A stretch of DNA of 64,000 nt from Actinomycetota bacterium (GCA_030019255.1 JASEFK010000001.1:25012-89011); one strand, 5' to 3'; positions 29,689 through 39,788 are shown, counted from the stretch's first letter. Notes: generated from the letters alone by a model not told the origin. Made by a program: numbers and translations.

Positions 29689-31359
29689 TCACAGTTTTTC
29701 TAGGGCGCCGGTGGTCACGTGGCCCACGTTGTTGGCCAGGTCGCCCACGCGCTCCAGGTTACTGAGGGTGTCCAGGAAGACCACCCCCGCGGACCCGTCG
29801 CACTCGCCGCGGTTGAGGCGAGACAGGTGGTTGCGCCGGAAGCGGCTGGCCATCTCGTCCACCAGGTGCTCGAAGGACTGGTAATGCCGGGCCTCGTCCT
29901 GGTTTTCCTTCTCGAAGGCGTCGATGATACCCTCGTACATGTCGAAGACCGTGCTGGATATCTCTTCCAGTTCCTGCTTGGCCGTTTCAGTGAAAGAGAG
30001 GCCGTCCTCGGACTTGTTGATGGCCAGGTACATGATATTCTCCGCGTGGTCGCCGATGCGCTCGATGTCGTTGACCGCGTGCATGTAGCCCACCAGGCGC
30101 TCGGACTGGTCGCCGGCCAAGGGTTCTTGGGAGAGCTTGGAAAGGTACTCGATGATGGAATGGGCCAGCCCGTCCACGATGGATTCCATCTCCAAGAGAT
30201 GCTTCTTGCCTCCCCGGTCCATCTTCTTGAGGTAGCCCACCGAGGTGCGCAGCATGTCCAGGGTGATGCGCCCCATGCGGGTGATCTCCTTGCGCGCCAT
30301 CTCCAGGGCCAGGGCCGGGTTGTGAAAGATGCGAGGGTCCAGGAAGAGCGGGTCGCGCTCCACAACGGGTTCCTCGCCCCGCTTGATCTTTTTCACCAAC
30401 CATATGAACTGGTTGATGAAGGGTAGCCAAAGAAGGGTCATGGTCAGATTGAAAAAGGTGTGGAACCAGGCTACCTGGCGGGCGATGTTGTCCGGGCCGG
30501 CACCGAAGAGCTCGGAGATGCGCAGGGTCAGCTTGGGCAGCCAGGCCAGGAAGGGCAAAAAAAGTAGAGTTCCCGAGATGTTGAACAGGTAGTGGGCGAT
30601 GGCCACCCGCTTGGCGGGAAGGCTGGCTCCCAGGCTGGCGATGAGGGCGGTGATGCAGGTGCCTATGTTGCATCCCAGGATGATGGGAATGGCGATGCGC
30701 AGGGGGTCGGCTCCGTTGACCGAGAGAACCCCGGCGGCTCCCATGGCGATGACCATCCCGGTGGTGGCCGAGGAGCTCTGCACCAGGCTGGTGATTACAA
30801 TGCCCAGGAGGAGACCCAGGAACCAATTGGCGCCGTACTTGGTCAACCAGTTCTCGAAGGTCCCCGAGTTGCTCAGGGGGGCCAGGCCCCCCTTCATGAG
30901 CTCGATCCCCAGGAAAAGTATGCCGAATCCCAGGAGGATCTGACCGGTGTACTTCCAGACCTTCCTGCGGGCCAGGAGATAAAGGACGAAGCCCAGCCCG
31001 ATGCAGGGGAAGGAAAGGGTCTTCACGTTGAAGGCCACGATCTGGCCGGTGATGGTGGTCCCGATGTTGGCCCCGAAGATGACCGCCACCGACTGGGAGA
31101 ACTTCATGAGCCCGGCGTTGACCAGGCCCACCAGCATGACCGTGGTGGCCGAGGAGCTCTGGATGAGGGCGGTGACCCCAGTGCCCACCAGCACGCCGCG
31201 GAAGCGGTTGCGGGTCAGGCTCTCCAGCATGCGGCGCAGGCGGTCACCCGCCGCCAGCTGCAGCCCCTCGCTCATGAGGAACATGCCGAAAAGGAAAAGG
31301 CCCAAACCTCCGAAGAGGACCAGTATCCCGAACCAGACGGAGGTGGCCTCTAATTTCAC
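29689..31359 (-). CDS. Na+/Pi cotransporter family protein with PhoU-like C-terminal domains
   Basis: Twice-repeated QSSSATT, GANIGTT/GCNIGTC, DIERIGDHAENI, LERVGD; GTG start with RBS (ORF track extends to 31416). Confidence 0.92.
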   Translation of the reverse strand: MKLEATSVWFGILVLFGGLGLFLFGMFLMSEGLQLAAGDRLRRMLESLTRNRFRGVLVGTGVTALIQSSSATTVMLVGLVNAGLMKFSQSVAVIFGANIGTTITGQIVAFNVKTLSFPCIGLGFVLYLLARRKVWKYTGQILLGFGILFLGIELMKGGLAPLSNSGTFENWLTKYGANWFLGLLLGIVITSLVQSSSATTGMVIAMGAAGVLSVNGADPLRIAIPIILGCNIGTCITALIASLGASLPAKRVAIAHYLFNISGTLLFLPFLAWLPKLTLRISELFGAGPDNIARQVAWFHTFFNLTMTLLWLPFINQFIWLVKKIKRGEEPVVERDPLFLDPRIFHNPALALEMARKEITRMGRITLDMLRTSVGYLKKMDRGGKKHLLEMESIVDGLAHSIIEYLSKLSQEPLAGDQSERLVGYMHAVNDIERIGDHAENIMYLAINKSEDGLSFTETAKQELEEISSTVFDMYEGIIDAFEKENQDEARHYQSFEHLVDEMASRFRRNHLSRLNRGECDGSAGVVFLDTLSNLERVGDLANNVGHVTTGALEKL

Positions 31360-31539
31360 CGTTCTTTTCTCCCCGGGTGAACCGTTGCTTTCGATGCGGC
31401 TCTCATCCTCACCCAAAGCGCAATTATATTAGCCATGGCGCATGGGAACAAGGGTTAGGACGAGCTTTCCGGTAGGCCTGGAAGTGGGGTGCGAAATGAG
31501 GGCCGAGACCGCTCCACCTCGGTGAAATGATGCATTATC

Positions 31540-31564
31540 CATACAAGGAAATCTAACTTGTATG
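31540..31564. promoter_or_regulatory. Perfect inverted repeat, candidate transcription-factor operator
   Basis: CATACAAG-N9-CTTGTATG in the divergent intergenic region between the Na/Pi transporter and crotonase genes. Confidence 0.45.
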
Positions 31565-31942
31565 CTCTACCGGCGAGTCAGCGTGAACGCGCGGAACCAC
31601 ACGAGAAGAAGCGGGTAGATTTCTACACTCCACGAAATAAATGGCGTATTGAGCCAGCGAGCAGGCGATTCAAGGGTTCCTCCCGGTGTGCGGGAAGGGT
31701 ACGACCCTCGGTGCCCGTCGAAGCGGCGTTTATTGACGGAGCAGTAGGTTGGTGTTAATCTGTTTTGGGTTGGAACCGCGTGAAGGGTCGCAATGGGCCT
31801 TTCCCCAGACCTGATACTCCAAGGAATGGGATTCTCACCCCGGGACGCAGACACCGGGAGAGCCCGGGATCACAGGAGGAGGTGAGAACCGAACTTCTGT
31901 CCGTTCGCTAGGTCTCCTCGCGACAGGAAAGAGAGGTGAAAA

Positions 31943-32734
31943 ATGCCCTACGACTACGACCTGCTCATCGTGGAGGTTAAGGACGGCGTGGCTACGGTGA
32001 CCCTGAACCGTCCTCCGCTCAATCCCTTGAACGCGGACCTTTTCCTGCAGATCGGGAAATGCGCGGAGGAGCTCACCCTGGATGACCAGGTGCGGGCGGT
32101 GGTCATCACCGGCGGGGAGAAGAACTTCGCCGCCGGGGCGGACATCAAGGAGATGGTGGAACAGGGGGCAGTGGACATCGCCAGGTTCATAGGCATCGCC
32201 CAGGAGAGCTTCACCAAGGTGGAAAATATTCCCAAACCGGTTATCGCCGCCATCAACGGCTTCGCCCTGGGCGGGGGGTGTGAGTTGGCCATCACCTGCG
32301 ATTTCCGCTTCGCCCATGAGAACGCCAAGATAGGGCAGCCGGAGATTCTCCTGGGGATCATTCCCGGGGCGGGCGGGACCCAGAGGCTCCCCCGCCTCAT
32401 AGGTCCGGCGAAGGCCAAGGAGATGATCTACAGCGGCCGTTTCTACAGCGCCCAGGAGTGCCTGGAGATGGGGCTGGTCCAGAAGGTGGTCACCGGGGAC
32501 GAATCGGTCATCGAGTACGCCCAGAAGGTGGCCGCCAAGTACGCCGCCGGCCCGGCGGTGGCCCTGGCCATGGCCAAGCGGGCCATCAACAAGGGCATAG
32601 AGTGCTCCATAGAGGAGGGGCTGATCATCGAGGCCCAGGGCATCGCCCTGTGCTTCGCCTCCGAGGACCAGAAGATAGGCATGCGAACCTTCCTGGCCGA
32701 GGGGCCGGGGAAGGCCAAGTTCGTGGGCAGGTAG
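31943..32734 (+). CDS. crt: Enoyl-CoA hydratase (crotonase family)
   Basis: FAAGADI, ALGGGCEL, QPEILLGIIPGAGGTQRL (both catalytic Glu). Confidence 0.92.
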   Translation: MPYDYDLLIVEVKDGVATVTLNRPPLNPLNADLFLQIGKCAEELTLDDQVRAVVITGGEKNFAAGADIKEMVEQGAVDIARFIGIAQESFTKVENIPKPVIAAINGFALGGGCELAITCDFRFAHENAKIGQPEILLGIIPGAGGTQRLPRLIGPAKAKEMIYSGRFYSAQECLEMGLVQKVVTGDESVIEYAQKVAAKYAAGPAVALAMAKRAINKGIECSIEEGLIIEAQGIALCFASEDQKIGMRTFLAEGPGKAKFVGR

Positions 32735-32837
32735 GCTCGCATGCTTTAACCATATAAGAAGGCCCGGGCCGCCGGGCCGGCAGGATAGGAAGCGGTAACG
32801 TACGCCGAGGAGTTCGAAGAGTCAAGGAGGTAGTTGG

Positions 32838-34007
32838 ATGATCGATTTCGAACCCACCGAAGAACAGAAGGCAGCAGTGAAAATGGCCCACGACTTCGCC
32901 CTCAACGAGATGCGCCCCATCGCTCTCGAGTGCGACAAGGAGGGCAAGATCCCCGATGAGCTGATCAAGAAGGCGGCGGCCGCGGGACTAACGGCCATGG
33001 CCATCCCCGAGGAATACGGCGGCGGCGGCCTGGACCAGGTCACCGCGGCCATGGTCAGCGAGGAGCTCTTCTGGGGTTGCGCTGGAATCGCCACCACCCT
33101 GGGGGCCAATAGCCTGGCCACCACCCCCATGCTCATCGCCGCCAACGAGGAGCAGAAGAAGAAGTACTTCCCCCGGCTGACCGACCCCGAGAACCCCAAG
33201 TTCGCCGCCTTCTGCCTGACCGAGCCGGGGGCGGGTTCCGACGCCGCCTCCATCTCCACCACCATCCGCGAGGAGGGTGACTACTACGTGGTGAACGGGC
33301 AGAAGTGCTTCATCACCAACGGGGGGATAGCCGACTTCTACAGCGTCTTCTGCACCTTCGACAAGGAGAAGAAGTACGGCGGCATCGCGGCCATCATCGT
33401 GGAGCGGGAGTACGAGGGGGTCTCCATCGGGAAGAAGGAGGACAAAATGGGGATCCGGGCCTCCAACACCACGGAGGTTATCTTCGACAACGTCAGGGTC
33501 CCCAAGGAGAACCTCTTCGTGCCTATGGGCCAGGGCTTCTACAACGTGATGGTCACCCTGGACATGACCCGCGCCAGCGTGGCCGCGGGGGCGGTGGGCA
33601 TCGCCCGCGCCGCCTTCGAGGAGGCCCTCAAGTACGCCAAGGAGAGGGTACAGTTCGGCCGCCCCATCATCGCCCAGCAGGCCATCAGCTTCATGCTGGC
33701 GGACATGGCCATGCAGATCGAGGCGGGACGCCGGCTCTACCTGCTGGCCGCCTGGAAGGCCTCCAAAGGACTGCCGTGCTCCCTGGAGTCCTCCTACGCC
33801 AAGGCCTTCTGCGGGGACATGGCCATGCGGGTGACCACCGACGCGGTGCAGATCCACGGCGGGTACGGATACATGAAGGAGTACCTGGTGGAGAAGCTCA
33901 TGCGCGACGCCAAGATCATGCAGATCTACGAGGGCACCAACCAGATCCAGAGGGTGGTCATCAGCGCCAACCTGATGGGCGTCACCGACACTTACCCCTG
34001 GGGTTAA
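32838..34007 (+). CDS. Acyl-CoA dehydrogenase (short/branched-chain type)
   Basis: FCLTEPGAGSD, NGQKCFITNG, KMGIRASNT, RVQFG, QIHGGYGY, QIYEGTNQIQR. Confidence 0.95.
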   Translation: MIDFEPTEEQKAAVKMAHDFALNEMRPIALECDKEGKIPDELIKKAAAAGLTAMAIPEEYGGGGLDQVTAAMVSEELFWGCAGIATTLGANSLATTPMLIAANEEQKKKYFPRLTDPENPKFAAFCLTEPGAGSDAASISTTIREEGDYYVVNGQKCFITNGGIADFYSVFCTFDKEKKYGGIAAIIVEREYEGVSIGKKEDKMGIRASNTTEVIFDNVRVPKENLFVPMGQGFYNVMVTLDMTRASVAAGAVGIARAAFEEALKYAKERVQFGRPIIAQQAISFMLADMAMQIEAGRRLYLLAAWKASKGLPCSLESSYAKAFCGDMAMRVTTDAVQIHGGYGYMKEYLVEKLMRDAKIMQIYEGTNQIQRVVISANLMGVTDTYPWG

Positions 34008-34048
34008 TATCGACGCCGATCGGCACTGCCACGAGGTCGGAAGAGAAC

Positions 34049-34080
34049 AAGGGGGCGCTTCCCGGCGCCCCCTTCGCTTT
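34049..34080 (+). terminator. Intrinsic terminator
   Basis: AAGGGGGCGC-TTCCCG-GCGCCCCCTT then CGCTTT. Confidence 0.7.
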
Positions 34081-34303
34081 CCGGGCCTGGGTCTTACCCC
34101 GGGATCATATGGGAAGAGGTGAGCCTTGCCCGTTAAGTTCACGACATATTCCTGTTATCCCGGGCCGGGGCGAGCGAAGAGGTTTCGTTCGGGCATCTTC
34201 CAGGGGCCGCCCTACCTTTTCACGTATCCCCGCCCCTCGGCGACCGTAAGCCCGAAAGGCGCGGCGTCCCGGAAAGGGACGGGGATGCTATCATGAACTG
34301 GAG

Positions 34304-35311
34304 ATGAAGATCGGCATCACCACCACCGTGCCCGTAGAGGTCATCTACGCCGCCGGACATATCCCGGTGGACCTGAACAACGTCTTCGTCTCCCACCCGG
34401 AGAGGGAACGGCTCATCGAGGAGGCGGAACTGGCCGGTTTCCCCCGTTCCTTCTGCGCCTGGGTGAAGGGCATCTACGGCGCGGCAAGGGAGATGGATGA
34501 CCTGGGTGCCGTGGTGGCGGTGACCCAGGGGGACTGTTCCAACACCCACGGCCTCATGGAGACCCTGCAGTCGGAGGGGATGGAGGTCATCCCCTTCGCC
34601 TATCCCTATGAGAGGGATTACGTCCTGCTGCGGGCCCAGGTGGAGGCCTTCATGCGCCGCCTGGCCGTGGACTGGCACGAGGTGGAGGATACCTTGAGGC
34701 GCCTGGACCGGGTGCGGCGGCGGGCGCACCGCCTGGACGAGCTGACCTGGAAGGAGGGGCTGGTGACCGGACTGGAGAACCACCTTGTCCTGGTCGGCTG
34801 CAGCGACATGGAGGGGGATCCCGATGCCTACGGCCGGAAGCTCGAGGACTTGCTGGCCCGCGTCGGGGAGAGGGAAAGGGACCCCGGCTTTCCCCGTGCC
34901 GGGGACATGGTGCGCCTGGGTTACTTGGGCGTTCCCCCCATGGCCCCCGAGCTCTACGATTACCTGGAGACCCTGGGGGCCAGGGTGGTGTACAACGAGG
35001 TCCAGCGCCAGTTCAGCCTGCCCTTCCGCACCGCGGACCTGGTGGAGAAGTACCGCCGCTACAGTTACCCTTATTCCATATTTTACCGTTTAAGGGATAT
35101 CCGGAGGGAGGCGCGCCGCAGGCGGCTGGACGGTCTCATCCACTATGTGCAGAGTTTTTGCTTCCGCCAGGTGGAGGACATTATCCTCCGCCGTTCCCTG
35201 TCCCTCCCCATGCTCACCTTGGAGCTGGACCGCTCCTCCCGCCTGGACGCCAGGACCAGGATGCGCCTAGAGAACTTCGTCTCCATGCTCCGGCGCGAGA
35301 AGCACGGGTAA
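34304..35311 (+). CDS. 2-hydroxyacyl-CoA dehydratase-like (HgdB/FldBC fold) single-subunit Fe-S protein
   Basis: TTTVPVEVIYAAG, three spaced Cys (RSFCAWVKG, TQGDCSNT, QSFCFR), LTLELD...RTRMRLENF. Confidence 0.78.
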   Translation: MKIGITTTVPVEVIYAAGHIPVDLNNVFVSHPERERLIEEAELAGFPRSFCAWVKGIYGAAREMDDLGAVVAVTQGDCSNTHGLMETLQSEGMEVIPFAYPYERDYVLLRAQVEAFMRRLAVDWHEVEDTLRRLDRVRRRAHRLDELTWKEGLVTGLENHLVLVGCSDMEGDPDAYGRKLEDLLARVGERERDPGFPRAGDMVRLGYLGVPPMAPELYDYLETLGARVVYNEVQRQFSLPFRTADLVEKYRRYSYPYSIFYRLRDIRREARRRRLDGLIHYVQSFCFRQVEDIILRRSLSLPMLTLELDRSSRLDARTRMRLENFVSMLRREKHG

Positions 35312-35437
35312 GTTCCCGGCCGTGTCCCCGCAGCGGCGTCCCGTTTCCGCGGTTTTCGGGCGGGCGTGGGGTAACATAAAGTTGGGACAGCGCACCCGGG
35401 GTGCCGCCCGGAGGTTGAAGAGGAGGTAGGTATACCA

Positions 35438-36202
35438 GTGGACGCGCGGTGCGGGGTGGACCTGGGAAGCCGCTTCGTCAAGATAGCCGTTGAGGTGGAC
35501 GGGGATAGACGCTTCCTTGGCCCTTTCGACACCGCCGAGTTCTACCGGAAGCACATCGAGGCCGGGAAGGACGGCGGAGCGCTTCGGAAGAAGGATTTCG
35601 GCCTGGGGGAGGAAGTGCGCGTGGGTGCCACCGGCTACGGCAGGGCCCGCTTGGGAGGAGGAGCGGTGATGTTCCCGGAGCTGGAGGCCATTGCCGCCGG
35701 GGTGGCGGCCATGACCGGCATAAGGGAAGCTGTCATCCTCGACGTGGGGGGCCAGGATTCCAAGGCCCTGCTGGTGAGGGATGGAAGGTTGGCCGATTTC
35801 GAGGCCAACGACCGCTGCGCGGCCTCGGCGGGGAAGTTCCTGGAGAACATGTCCAGGGTGCTGGGGATGGACTGGGAGGAACTGGGAAGATACCGGGAGG
35901 ACCCGGTGGAGCTTTCCTCCACCTGCGCCGTGTACGGGGAGACGGAGCTGGTGGGCCTGCTGGGCGAGGGATGGCCGGTGGAGAGGCTGGCCGCGGGGGT
36001 TAACCGGGCCATCCTCGGCCGCCTCCTTCCCCTCCTGGCCCGTTTCCCCAGGAGAACCCTGGTCCTCACCGGGGGCGTGGCCCGCAACCGGGCCCTGAGA
36101 GCGATGCTGGCCGACCGACTGGGTGTGGAACCCGTGGTCCCCGAGCCCCCCGACTTCGTCGCTGCCGTGGGATGCTGCCGCCTGCTCTTGGAGGAGGTTT
36201 GA
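35438..36202 (+). CDS. Acyl-CoA dehydratase activase (HgdC/BadF-G ASKHA ATPase)
   Basis: GVDLGSRFVK, ATGYG, ILDVGGQDSK, NDRCAA, SSTCAV, LTGGVA; two Cys for a bridging [4Fe-4S]. Confidence 0.9.
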   Translation: MDARCGVDLGSRFVKIAVEVDGDRRFLGPFDTAEFYRKHIEAGKDGGALRKKDFGLGEEVRVGATGYGRARLGGGAVMFPELEAIAAGVAAMTGIREAVILDVGGQDSKALLVRDGRLADFEANDRCAASAGKFLENMSRVLGMDWEELGRYREDPVELSSTCAVYGETELVGLLGEGWPVERLAAGVNRAILGRLLPLLARFPRRTLVLTGGVARNRALRAMLADRLGVEPVVPEPPDFVAAVGCCRLLLEEV

Positions 36203-36203
36203 G

Positions 36204-36608
36204 TTGGCCGCCGATTACGAGATCGTAGTGGGAACCCATTTCGACGCCGCCCACCGCCTTCCCGGATATCCCGGGCCCTGCTCCAGGCTGCACGGACACC
36301 GCTGGAGGGTGGAAGCGGCGGTCGCCGGGGGCGAGCCGGGGGAGGGAGGGATGGTGGTGGACTTCCTGGTTCTCAAGCGCATCCTCGGCGAGATCGTGGC
36401 CCCATTCGACCACCGCTGCCTGAACGAGGTGGAGCCCTTCACGCGCGTCGTCCCCACCTCCGAGAACCTGGCCTGGCACATCCACCGGAGATTCTCCGAG
36501 CGAGTAAGGGGACTGGGAAAGGATATCCGCGTCTCCTGGGTGGCGGTATCCGAATCGCCGGACACCCGCGTGGTCTACCGCGAAGGAGATCGGGAGCGGC
36601 CAGGATAA
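36204..36608 (+). CDS. queD: 6-carboxytetrahydropterin synthase
   Basis: FDAAHRL, CSRLHGH, FDHRCLNE, PTSENLA, VSES; TTG start 1 nt after the activase stop. Confidence 0.92.
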   Translation: MAADYEIVVGTHFDAAHRLPGYPGPCSRLHGHRWRVEAAVAGGEPGEGGMVVDFLVLKRILGEIVAPFDHRCLNEVEPFTRVVPTSENLAWHIHRRFSERVRGLGKDIRVSWVAVSESPDTRVVYREGDRERPG

Positions 36609-36703
36609 CAAGGGGTGTGGTCTTCCGGCCCGAAGATAGGCGATCGGAGGGCAGAATCCCGCAGGGCGGGAATCTCGGTCACGGGAAGGGCATGGGGAAA
36701 GAA

Positions 36704-37408
36704 ATGAGGAGGAAGAAAAAGGAAAACCTGGTCCTCCTCTCCGGAGGCCTGGATTCGGCGGTCAACTTCCTCCTGGCCCTGAGAAGGGGCGGCGTGGCCC
36801 TGGCACTCACCGTGGATTACGGCCAGAGGGCGGCCCGGAGGGAGGAGGAGAAGTCCGCCGCCCTATGTAGGATACACGGAGTGAAACACGAGATACTTCG
36901 GGCCAGCTGGGTGGCGAAGTTCTCCAAGGATGCGCTAACCAATCTGGAAAAGGAGCTTCCCCGACCGGGGAGACGGGAGCTGGAGGACCCCGGCTGGAGG
37001 AGGGAGGCGGCGCGGGCGGTATGGGTGCCCAACCGCAACGGTCTGCTGGTACACATGGGAGCCTGCCTGGCCGAGGCCCTGGGGATACCTTACCTGGTCA
37101 TGGGGCTGAACGCCGAGGAGGGCGCGGCCTTTCCCGACAATTCCCCCGGCTTCGTGCGGGAGATGAACCGTGCCCTCGGATATTCCACCCGGGGGCGGGT
37201 GCGCCTTAGGAGTTTCACCCTGCACTGGGACAAGCGGGAGATCATGCGCGCTGCCCTGCAGCTCGGGCTGCCCCTGGAGCTTACCTGGCCGTGCTATAAT
37301 GGGGGCGACCTGTGGTGCGGAAAATGTGAATCCTGCCTGCGTTTCCGGGCGGCGGCGGAGGCGCTGGGCGAGGAGCATAGGTTGAAGGGCCTCTTTTCAC
37401 CGGGATGA
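36704..37408 (+). CDS. queC: 7-cyano-7-deazaguanine (preQ0) synthase
   Basis: LLSGGLDS, YGQRA, WVPNRN, FPD, TWPCY..CGKCESC. Confidence 0.92.
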   Translation: MRRKKKENLVLLSGGLDSAVNFLLALRRGGVALALTVDYGQRAARREEEKSAALCRIHGVKHEILRASWVAKFSKDALTNLEKELPRPGRRELEDPGWRREAARAVWVPNRNGLLVHMGACLAEALGIPYLVMGLNAEEGAAFPDNSPGFVREMNRALGYSTRGRVRLRSFTLHWDKREIMRAALQLGLPLELTWPCYNGGDLWCGKCESCLRFRAAAEALGEEHRLKGLFSPG

Positions 37409-37439
37409 TTCGCAGGGGTGGGTTCGGCAGGGGTGATAC

Positions 37440-38027
37440 ATGAAGGGCAAGTACATCAAGGGGAGGAGCATCACCTACGACGGTACGCAGCTGCGCTCCC
37501 TTTACGCCTTCACCGAGCACGACGTACAGGGCGACTCGGTAGTTGCCTTTCGCGGTCCCTGCCGGGTACAGGCGGAGAACCTGGTGGACGTGGAGGACCG
37601 CAAGAAGGGGGCGGAGATCTACAGTGAGGACATGGTCCACTTCATAGTGGAACTCTTCGATTCCGACCTTCCTCGCACCCTGGCCCTGCAGAGGCTCTTC
37701 CTGTGCGTCATCAAGGACGTCATCGAGGAGCTCAAGCCCGAGCTCTTTATAAGCAGGCGCGGGGACGATCTCTACATCGAGGTCGAGGTGGAGGAAGGCC
37801 AGGAGGAGAACCGCAAGCTCACCGTCTCCGTGGCCACCGCCAGCCCGGTTTCCAACCTCATCCATGTCGGCATCAACGTCTCCAGCCGCAACACCCCCGT
37901 GCCCACCCTGGGGCTGGAGGACCTGGAGATCCCGGTGGATGACTTTATCCTCAAGGTGATGCAGGGCTTCATCAACGAGATGAAGGGCATGGAGTCGGCC
38001 CGCTGCAAGGTCCGCGGCGTGAGCTGA
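37440..38027 (+). CDS. DUF366 family protein
   Basis: YDGTQL, GDSVVAFRGPC, LVDVED, MVHFIVE, QRL, RGDDLY, KLTVSVAT, IHVGINV (recognised from memory). Confidence 0.8.
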   Translation: MKGKYIKGRSITYDGTQLRSLYAFTEHDVQGDSVVAFRGPCRVQAENLVDVEDRKKGAEIYSEDMVHFIVELFDSDLPRTLALQRLFLCVIKDVIEELKPELFISRRGDDLYIEVEVEEGQEENRKLTVSVATASPVSNLIHVGINVSSRNTPVPTLGLEDLEIPVDDFILKVMQGFINEMKGMESARCKVRGVS

Positions 38028-38228
38028 CCTGTTTCGGCTCGCCGCCCATGCGACCTTGTTTCAAAGAACTGGCGCGTAAAACTCGGACATGGCGCGGGAA
38101 GAGCGTGCTTGACCGGAATGGCACCAGGCGGATGGAAAGTATGGCCGGTTAAAGACGGCACTTCTGCCCAGGGATCTCCGGGAAGGGATCGACCCGGCGG
38201 GAAAAGGAGTCGCCGGAGGTGAACAAGA

Positions 38229-39560
38229 ATGGATATCTCCAGAAGCAGGGTGTGGTTGAGGGGAGTCATCAAGGCCTGGGCCAAAAGGGTTTTCGGCGGC
38301 ACCGTCGTTTGGAGAATCGCGCAGAAGGTTAGACATTCCCTTCCCCGGCGAGGGGTAAGAGTGGCCCTCCATGCCCTCTATAGAAAAATCCTGCTCTGCC
38401 TGTTGCCCCGGGACACAGCCTACCGATGGGCGCAATCCCAGATCCAGAACCAAAATTTCTACGGGGCCGATTATTTCGACGCCCGCGACAAGTCCGGGAA
38501 GGAAAGCGGGTGCATCGGAGGCTACCCGGAGGTAGAGGATTTCGGGAGGTTGGCCCTCCTGGCCAAGGAACTGCTGGAGGTGAAAAGCGCGCTGGATATT
38601 GGCTGTGCCAAGGGATTCCAGGTTAAGGCACTGCGCCTGGAAGGAATTGACGCCTGGGGTATCGACCTGAGCGAGTACGCTATAAGTACGGCTCCCGATG
38701 AAGTCAGGCCTTGGTTGAAGGTCTGCAGCATCCAGGAAGCGGATTTCCCCGCAGGTTCCTTCGAACTGGTCTTGGCCATGGAACTTCTGGAGCACATCCC
38801 CTTAACCGACATAGAGGAGGTGATTCGCAAGCTGTATTTTTTCACCTCTCGCTTTGTCCTGGCGACCATCCCTTCCTTCGGACCCAATCCGTACGGGATG
38901 GACGGGTGGCTGGAGGAGAAAATAAATCCCCGGAAGATACCTCGTTATCGGGATCATCTCATCGATCTCGCGGAGATGAAACACCTCATCGTTGATTCCC
39001 AGGGCTTGCCCCAGCACGGACATATGCTCATCGCCAGCTACGATTGGTGGACGTCCCTTTTTACCCGCTATGGATTCCAGAGGAGGGGGGACCTGGAAAG
39101 GGAGATCAACCGGAGGCTCGTTTTGGCCAGGGAGGGGAAATGGTGCTGCTACTTATTTGAAAAGGTGGAGCCCGGCGGGGAGGGGGTGAAGCCCCTGCGT
39201 CTGGAAGAAGGCGATTTCGTCCACCACGGCGGAAGGTGGGAAAGTTTAACCCACCTGCTTCCCCGGGGAATTTACTGCCTGAGCGTGGAGCTGGACATGC
39301 CGGGAGTGGGCCGCGTAAGACCTGTCGATGAACGGTTGCTTTCCCTGGTTTGCCTCTCCAAGGATGGGGAGAGGATTCATGCCCAGCGCCTGGTCACCAA
39401 GAGGGAGTTGCCCGGAAAACGGGGAAATGGCGCGTTTAAGACATCCTTGGTCTGCGCCGTGGACGGTGATGCAGAAATCATCCTGCGACTGGAACCAGGG
39501 CCCGGAGCTCTTTGCAGGCCCCTGTCCGCCCTCTACACCCCACTCGGCAAAGAGACGTGA
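38229..39560 (+). CDS. Class I SAM-dependent methyltransferase domain protein with an unassigned C-terminal domain
   Basis: ALDIGCAKG motif I, GIDLSEYAI, FELVLAMELLEHI. Confidence 0.75.
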   Translation: MDISRSRVWLRGVIKAWAKRVFGGTVVWRIAQKVRHSLPRRGVRVALHALYRKILLCLLPRDTAYRWAQSQIQNQNFYGADYFDARDKSGKESGCIGGYPEVEDFGRLALLAKELLEVKSALDIGCAKGFQVKALRLEGIDAWGIDLSEYAISTAPDEVRPWLKVCSIQEADFPAGSFELVLAMELLEHIPLTDIEEVIRKLYFFTSRFVLATIPSFGPNPYGMDGWLEEKINPRKIPRYRDHLIDLAEMKHLIVDSQGLPQHGHMLIASYDWWTSLFTRYGFQRRGDLEREINRRLVLAREGKWCCYLFEKVEPGGEGVKPLRLEEGDFVHHGGRWESLTHLLPRGIYCLSVELDMPGVGRVRPVDERLLSLVCLSKDGERIHAQRLVTKRELPGKRGNGAFKTSLVCAVDGDAEIILRLEPGPGALCRPLSALYTPLGKET

Positions 39561-39788
39561 AGGCGGTGAATATTCGACGGATCGTCTGCGGCCGTGGCCG
39601 TTAAAAGAGAGTCTTTGGCCGTTCTTCCGGTGGCCGTTCCGCGGGCTTGGGGTTCGGTACGAGGGCGGGATGGGCGGCCCGTTTCGATGGGGGCGGTCCT
39701 CCGGCATGGGCGGGGCATCGGCCCGGCGATAACGTTCGGTGACGCGTATCCGGGATGGCCCGGGTCCGGGGATGTGCGGACATGGATT

